In this document: in pieces, positions 60,785 to 64,000 of the stretch
How the letters are laid out: each line of letters starts with the position of its first letter
Numbering within the stretch: position 1 is the first letter of the stretch
Source: Schmidtea polychroa
Lineage: Eukaryota
Direction: 5' to 3'
Assembly (NCBI GenBank): GCA_044892525.1
Contig: CM097885.1
Coordinates: forward strand, 39,248,001 to 39,312,000
Length of the DNA: 64,000 nt
Notes under the pieces: model-generated
Told to the model about the DNA's origin: nothing
Seen by the model: only the letters and a program-made list of their open reading frames with translations
The model's database searches: none
Program-made: the position numbers and the translations under genes

Positions 60785-62260
60785 TTATACCAGTGTCGCC
60801 ATGGGGCCGGAATGCAACGTGCGCATTCCCCCATATCTTTCGTCCGTTAGTCGGTATATATCGACTTCGTGTGCCCATTCGTTAGGTGTGGGTATTCTTG
60901 GTAGTTCCGACATCCACAATCCACTGGATCCGGGGTCCTCTACCACCTCGTATTCTTCTAGATTCAGATTCTCGGTTGGAATACCGTATTCAAATTTTTC
61001 TACTTTGGGCCATTTTCTCCGGTTTCTCGGTTTTTGTTTACATTTTTTGGTGGTTCTTATCCATTGAATCATTGCTAACGCTATTATCGTACTTACTATC
61101 GCGCTAGTTATCCATATCATCTTTGTGATTATCGTTGTTCCATTATTTGTCTTTTCTGTCGTTAATACTGTATTGCCTGTAGTATTCGTTTCTGGTGTCC
61201 TGATTTTCTTGAATGCTTGATGTAATCGTTCCTTCTCCTTCTCTGTTAGGTGACTATGATTTTCCCGTTTCTCTCCCCCTTCTCGATCTCGGGGTATCCA
61301 CGGTATGTTTATTAATTGGGGTTTTTGTCGAGTTATTGGTTGACATACGCTGGTTCCTCTTCCTTTCTTAAGGATACATACTTGGTATCGTTCTTTCCGT
61401 TTTCCTGTCTCCATTTTAACGTCTGCACCTTGTCTATCGGTGTTGTTGTACAGTCGATTATTCCCGTCTTATCCATTACACATATCCTTATGATTGGTTC
61501 TCCTTCTTGGTTTTTGACTGTAATTACCTCTTCACCTTTCTTGTTGAGGTTAATAGTTATCTGCACTTCCCGTCTTTCGTCTTTAATTACTTCGTTAATC
61601 CATTTTGTTGTTGTTATTAATTCGGTTTGATTTTGCTCTGTTGTTGTTTTTGTACTAACTGATTTGTTTGGCTTCTTGGTTGTTATCCCCATCAATGGAC
61701 CTTGTTTCATTGCCATACTCTTTGGTTTGTCTTTTCTTGGTGCAGTTCTTGTTCCTTTACATACTACTATCCCTTGTGTTCCTGCGCATACCACAGTAGG
61801 GGTATTTGGTTTGACCTCTCCCCAGAAGAATTTGTGATCCTGTGTCATATCAGTTACTATGCATATATCTCTGTCTTCTCTGATCCATACATGTGTAATT
61901 GATCGACTCCCTTTATCCTCTATTTCGATACCTTCTTCCAGAATGTTAAGTTGAAAATGTACTCCGGTTTCATTGGCTCTTTCTAGTTCCATTTCCTCTG
62001 TTGTTATGTCCCTACAGATGTCATAATCTCCACATAACCTGGGATCTCTTTTTTGGCTGCTAAAAATCTTTCCCTTTGTTATCGATCTGAAATCACAACT
62101 TACTCCTGTTCCTTCCATTAGTTGAACACATATTCCGACGGTGCTTTCCGTCGTAATCGCTGACCTTTATCATGAATACTTCGCCTTCTTGGAAAGCTTC
62201 TCTTACGATTCTCGTATGTTTTGTTTCCGTTAAACAGATAGATGTTAATATTATGAATAT
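60785..62260 (-). pseudogene. Probable type I membrane protein split by two frameshifts (ORFs 61333-62118 and 60785-61414)
   Basis: Signal-like IFIILTSICLTET at ~62250, Cys-containing ectodomain, Thr-rich stalk, TM MIWITSAIVSTIIALAMIQWI followed by basic stop-transfer RTTKKCKQKPRNRRK. Confidence 0.55.
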
Positions 62261-64000
62261 TCTTTGTAGTAGGATTGGCTGGATTTGATTTCGAAGCACT
62301 ATGCTATGTAGTGAGGACTTTCGCTTTTTGTTTTCTGTTTTGTCGAATCCTTGATCTTCACCTCGACATTGGTCATCTTCGTCTTCTTCCAACTCCTCAT
62401 CATCATCCGTTGTTTCTCCGCCCTCCGGATTCTGTTCTCTGTCGTTTTCCTCTGGGTTGTTATCGTTATCCCCCATCCTTTCGTCGTCGTCGTCATCGTC
62501 ATTCCTCTCACCCGGGGTTTTCCCGAAAATGTCGTCCTCGACATTTGTCGCTTTGATCATTTCTTTGTATTTTTTAATTATCTCTTTTTTATCGTTGTGG
62601 ATACTTTCTCGTTCTTCTTTGGTTCCTTGATATTTCCGTTGTTTCCGGTGCCATTCCCACACTAGTATTTCTAGTTGCTTTGTCATCGAATGTGCTTTTG
62701 TGCATTTCCACCAATTACCTGTCAATTCTGCTCTATTTCTTTGTAATATTGCTTTAATGGTTTTTGGCATTGGTGGTCTTGAGTATATGGCGCTTCTTAG
62801 TACGATATTTTCGTTGTTCTGGAATTGATTTATATCAATTACTTCCGCTTTGAATTCGTTTTGTTTCCATTTGATTAACATTGCTGCGGTTCTGTCTAAG
62901 TTTCCTCTGATGGCTTCCAGAATTGGTTCAATGCTCTGTCCCAACACCTCGGCTTCTTCGGTTGTTGCGTTTCCCATGATAAAGCTTAGTATGCTAGGTC
63001 TTTTTGACCTGACGGCGTAGCGCAAGATGGTTCGTTGTTTGTTATCTTTTTCTTTCAAAGTAGATACCGTTCTCAATAATTCTCTGAGTACTTCTCTTGA
63101 CGCGCCTTTTGCTATGGCTTTCATCAGTGGAGTTTTCCCTTTACTATTTTTAACGTTTGTCGATTGTTTGCAGTTTACCATTATTCGTATAATCTCTAAT
63201 GCTCGTTTTTCCTGTCCTGCTTTGACTGCATGATGGATTGGCCAGTTATTACTCAAATCACTTGTGAGGAACATGATTGGTAATCTCCGGATTAGTTCAT
63301 ATATTTGGACTGGTACTTGTAATCCCTCAGCATACCTTCGTCCTTTTGCATATCTTTCTGCTACTATCATTAGTTTGCCTAATACTTGGTATTTGTTGGT
63401 TATATCAGCCCATTCTGGTACAATTTCTCGTGCTATTTTTACTGTCATATTCCATGTCGCTTGACTCCTTGCCATTGCGTCAGCTTCGCATTCTGCTCCG
63501 GTTCCGTTATTGGCGCTGCTGCTTGTTTCTCCCCTCAACATGAATATCCGTCTTGTCTGTGATCTAGTTAATCTACCGCTTACTTCTGGTTCTGTTGTGG
63601 CATTTGTTTGTGATCTCGTGATTATCTTCCTTGTTTCTTGGTCTTTAGTGGCAGTTTTAGCTACTGCTTTACATCGTCTGAGGTTCATCCACTTTTTCCA
63701 CTTCCCGGTTCTTTTCACTTTCTCTTGAGTTCTTTCTGCTTCTAATCTCATTATCACTTTGAACTTACGTCCGACTTCTTCGTCTGTCCCTTTCATTTGC
63801 GTTAATATTTTCAACAATCTTTTTATTCGATAGATATCCTTTGAGTGTCCATGCAACACCATTGTTTTCGCTAAGAACGGTAAGAATCCAATTGCCAGTT
63901 TCCAATTTACTTTTCTCTCGCGCTTATAGATGTCAAAGCATGCTAGCATCTGGGTTAGTATCACTCTGACTATTTGTATTATCAGAATAATTCCGAGTAT
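62093..64000 (-). CDS. Ankyrin-repeat protein with N-terminal hydrophobic segments and acidic tail; frame open to the window edge
   Basis: WPIHHAVKAG, NVKNSKGKTPLMKAIAKG, KDNKQRTILRYAV ankyrin repeats; D/E-rich tail; no stop between 63964 and 64000. Confidence 0.75.
   Translation of the reverse strand: MLGIILIIQIVRVILTQMLACFDIYKRERKVNWKLAIGFLPFLAKTMVLHGHSKDIYRIKRLLKILTQMKGTDEEVGRKFKVIMRLEAERTQEKVKRTGKWKKWMNLRRCKAVAKTATKDQETRKIITRSQTNATTEPEVSGRLTRSQTRRIFMLRGETSSSANNGTGAECEADAMARSQATWNMTVKIAREIVPEWADITNKYQVLGKLMIVAERYAKGRRYAEGLQVPVQIYELIRRLPIMFLTSDLSNNWPIHHAVKAGQEKRALEIIRIMVNCKQSTNVKNSKGKTPLMKAIAKGASREVLRELLRTVSTLKEKDNKQRTILRYAVRSKRPSILSFIMGNATTEEAEVLGQSIEPILEAIRGNLDRTAAMLIKWKQNEFKAEVIDINQFQNNENIVLRSAIYSRPPMPKTIKAILQRNRAELTGNWWKCTKAHSMTKQLEILVWEWHRKQRKYQGTKEERESIHNDKKEIIKKYKEMIKATNVEDDIFGKTPGERNDDDDDDERMGDNDNNPEENDREQNPEGGETTDDDEELEEDEDDQCRGEDQGFDKTENKKRKSSLHSIVLRNQIQPILLQRIFIILTSICLTETKHTRIVREAFQEGEVFMIKVSDYDGKHRRNMCSTNGRNRSKL

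Noticed and set aside
55931..63728. Plus-strand ORFs overlapping the cassette
   Set aside because: Antisense shadows of the A-rich minus-strand genes

Overview
AT-rich, (AAT)n-rich eukaryotic (invertebrate-like; species not determinable) genomic window with very short introns (35-43 bp). 0.7-13.0 kb: a decayed Polinton/Maverick (adintovirus-like) element with integrase, packaging ATPase, pX-like core protein, adenain protease, minor capsid, fiber-like and membrane ORFs, a protein-primed PolB with a free-standing duplicate of its C-terminus, and no visible major capsid gene. Its minor capsid gene is interrupted by a 186-bp fold-back mini-element made only of the Polinton's own terminus. 14.9-28.2 kb: a 7-exon DHCR24 gene with one probable GC-AG intron; its introns hold MITEs, Tigger/mariner remnants and an orphan antisense BAZ2-like exon between inverted repeats. 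28.5-48 kb: a hAT transposon, Ty3/gypsy remnants (one with a class III-like envelope gene), a minimal hammerhead ribozyme in a ~360-bp direct-repeat unit, a PPCDC gene and a Merlin fragment. 49.8-50.7 kb: an eIF4B/4H-like RRM gene inside a local duplication. 55.9-64 kb, running off the window: a compact, intronless, co-oriented, strand-biased gene array encoding a TM-ankyrin protein, a type I membrane protein, a full TRAF, a cIAP-like BIR-BIR-UBA-RING protein and coiled-coil proteins. It looks like an apoptosis/NF-kB-modulating cargo cassette of a giant retroelement or endogenous virus, and several of its ORFs are preceded by a splice-acceptor-like AG.
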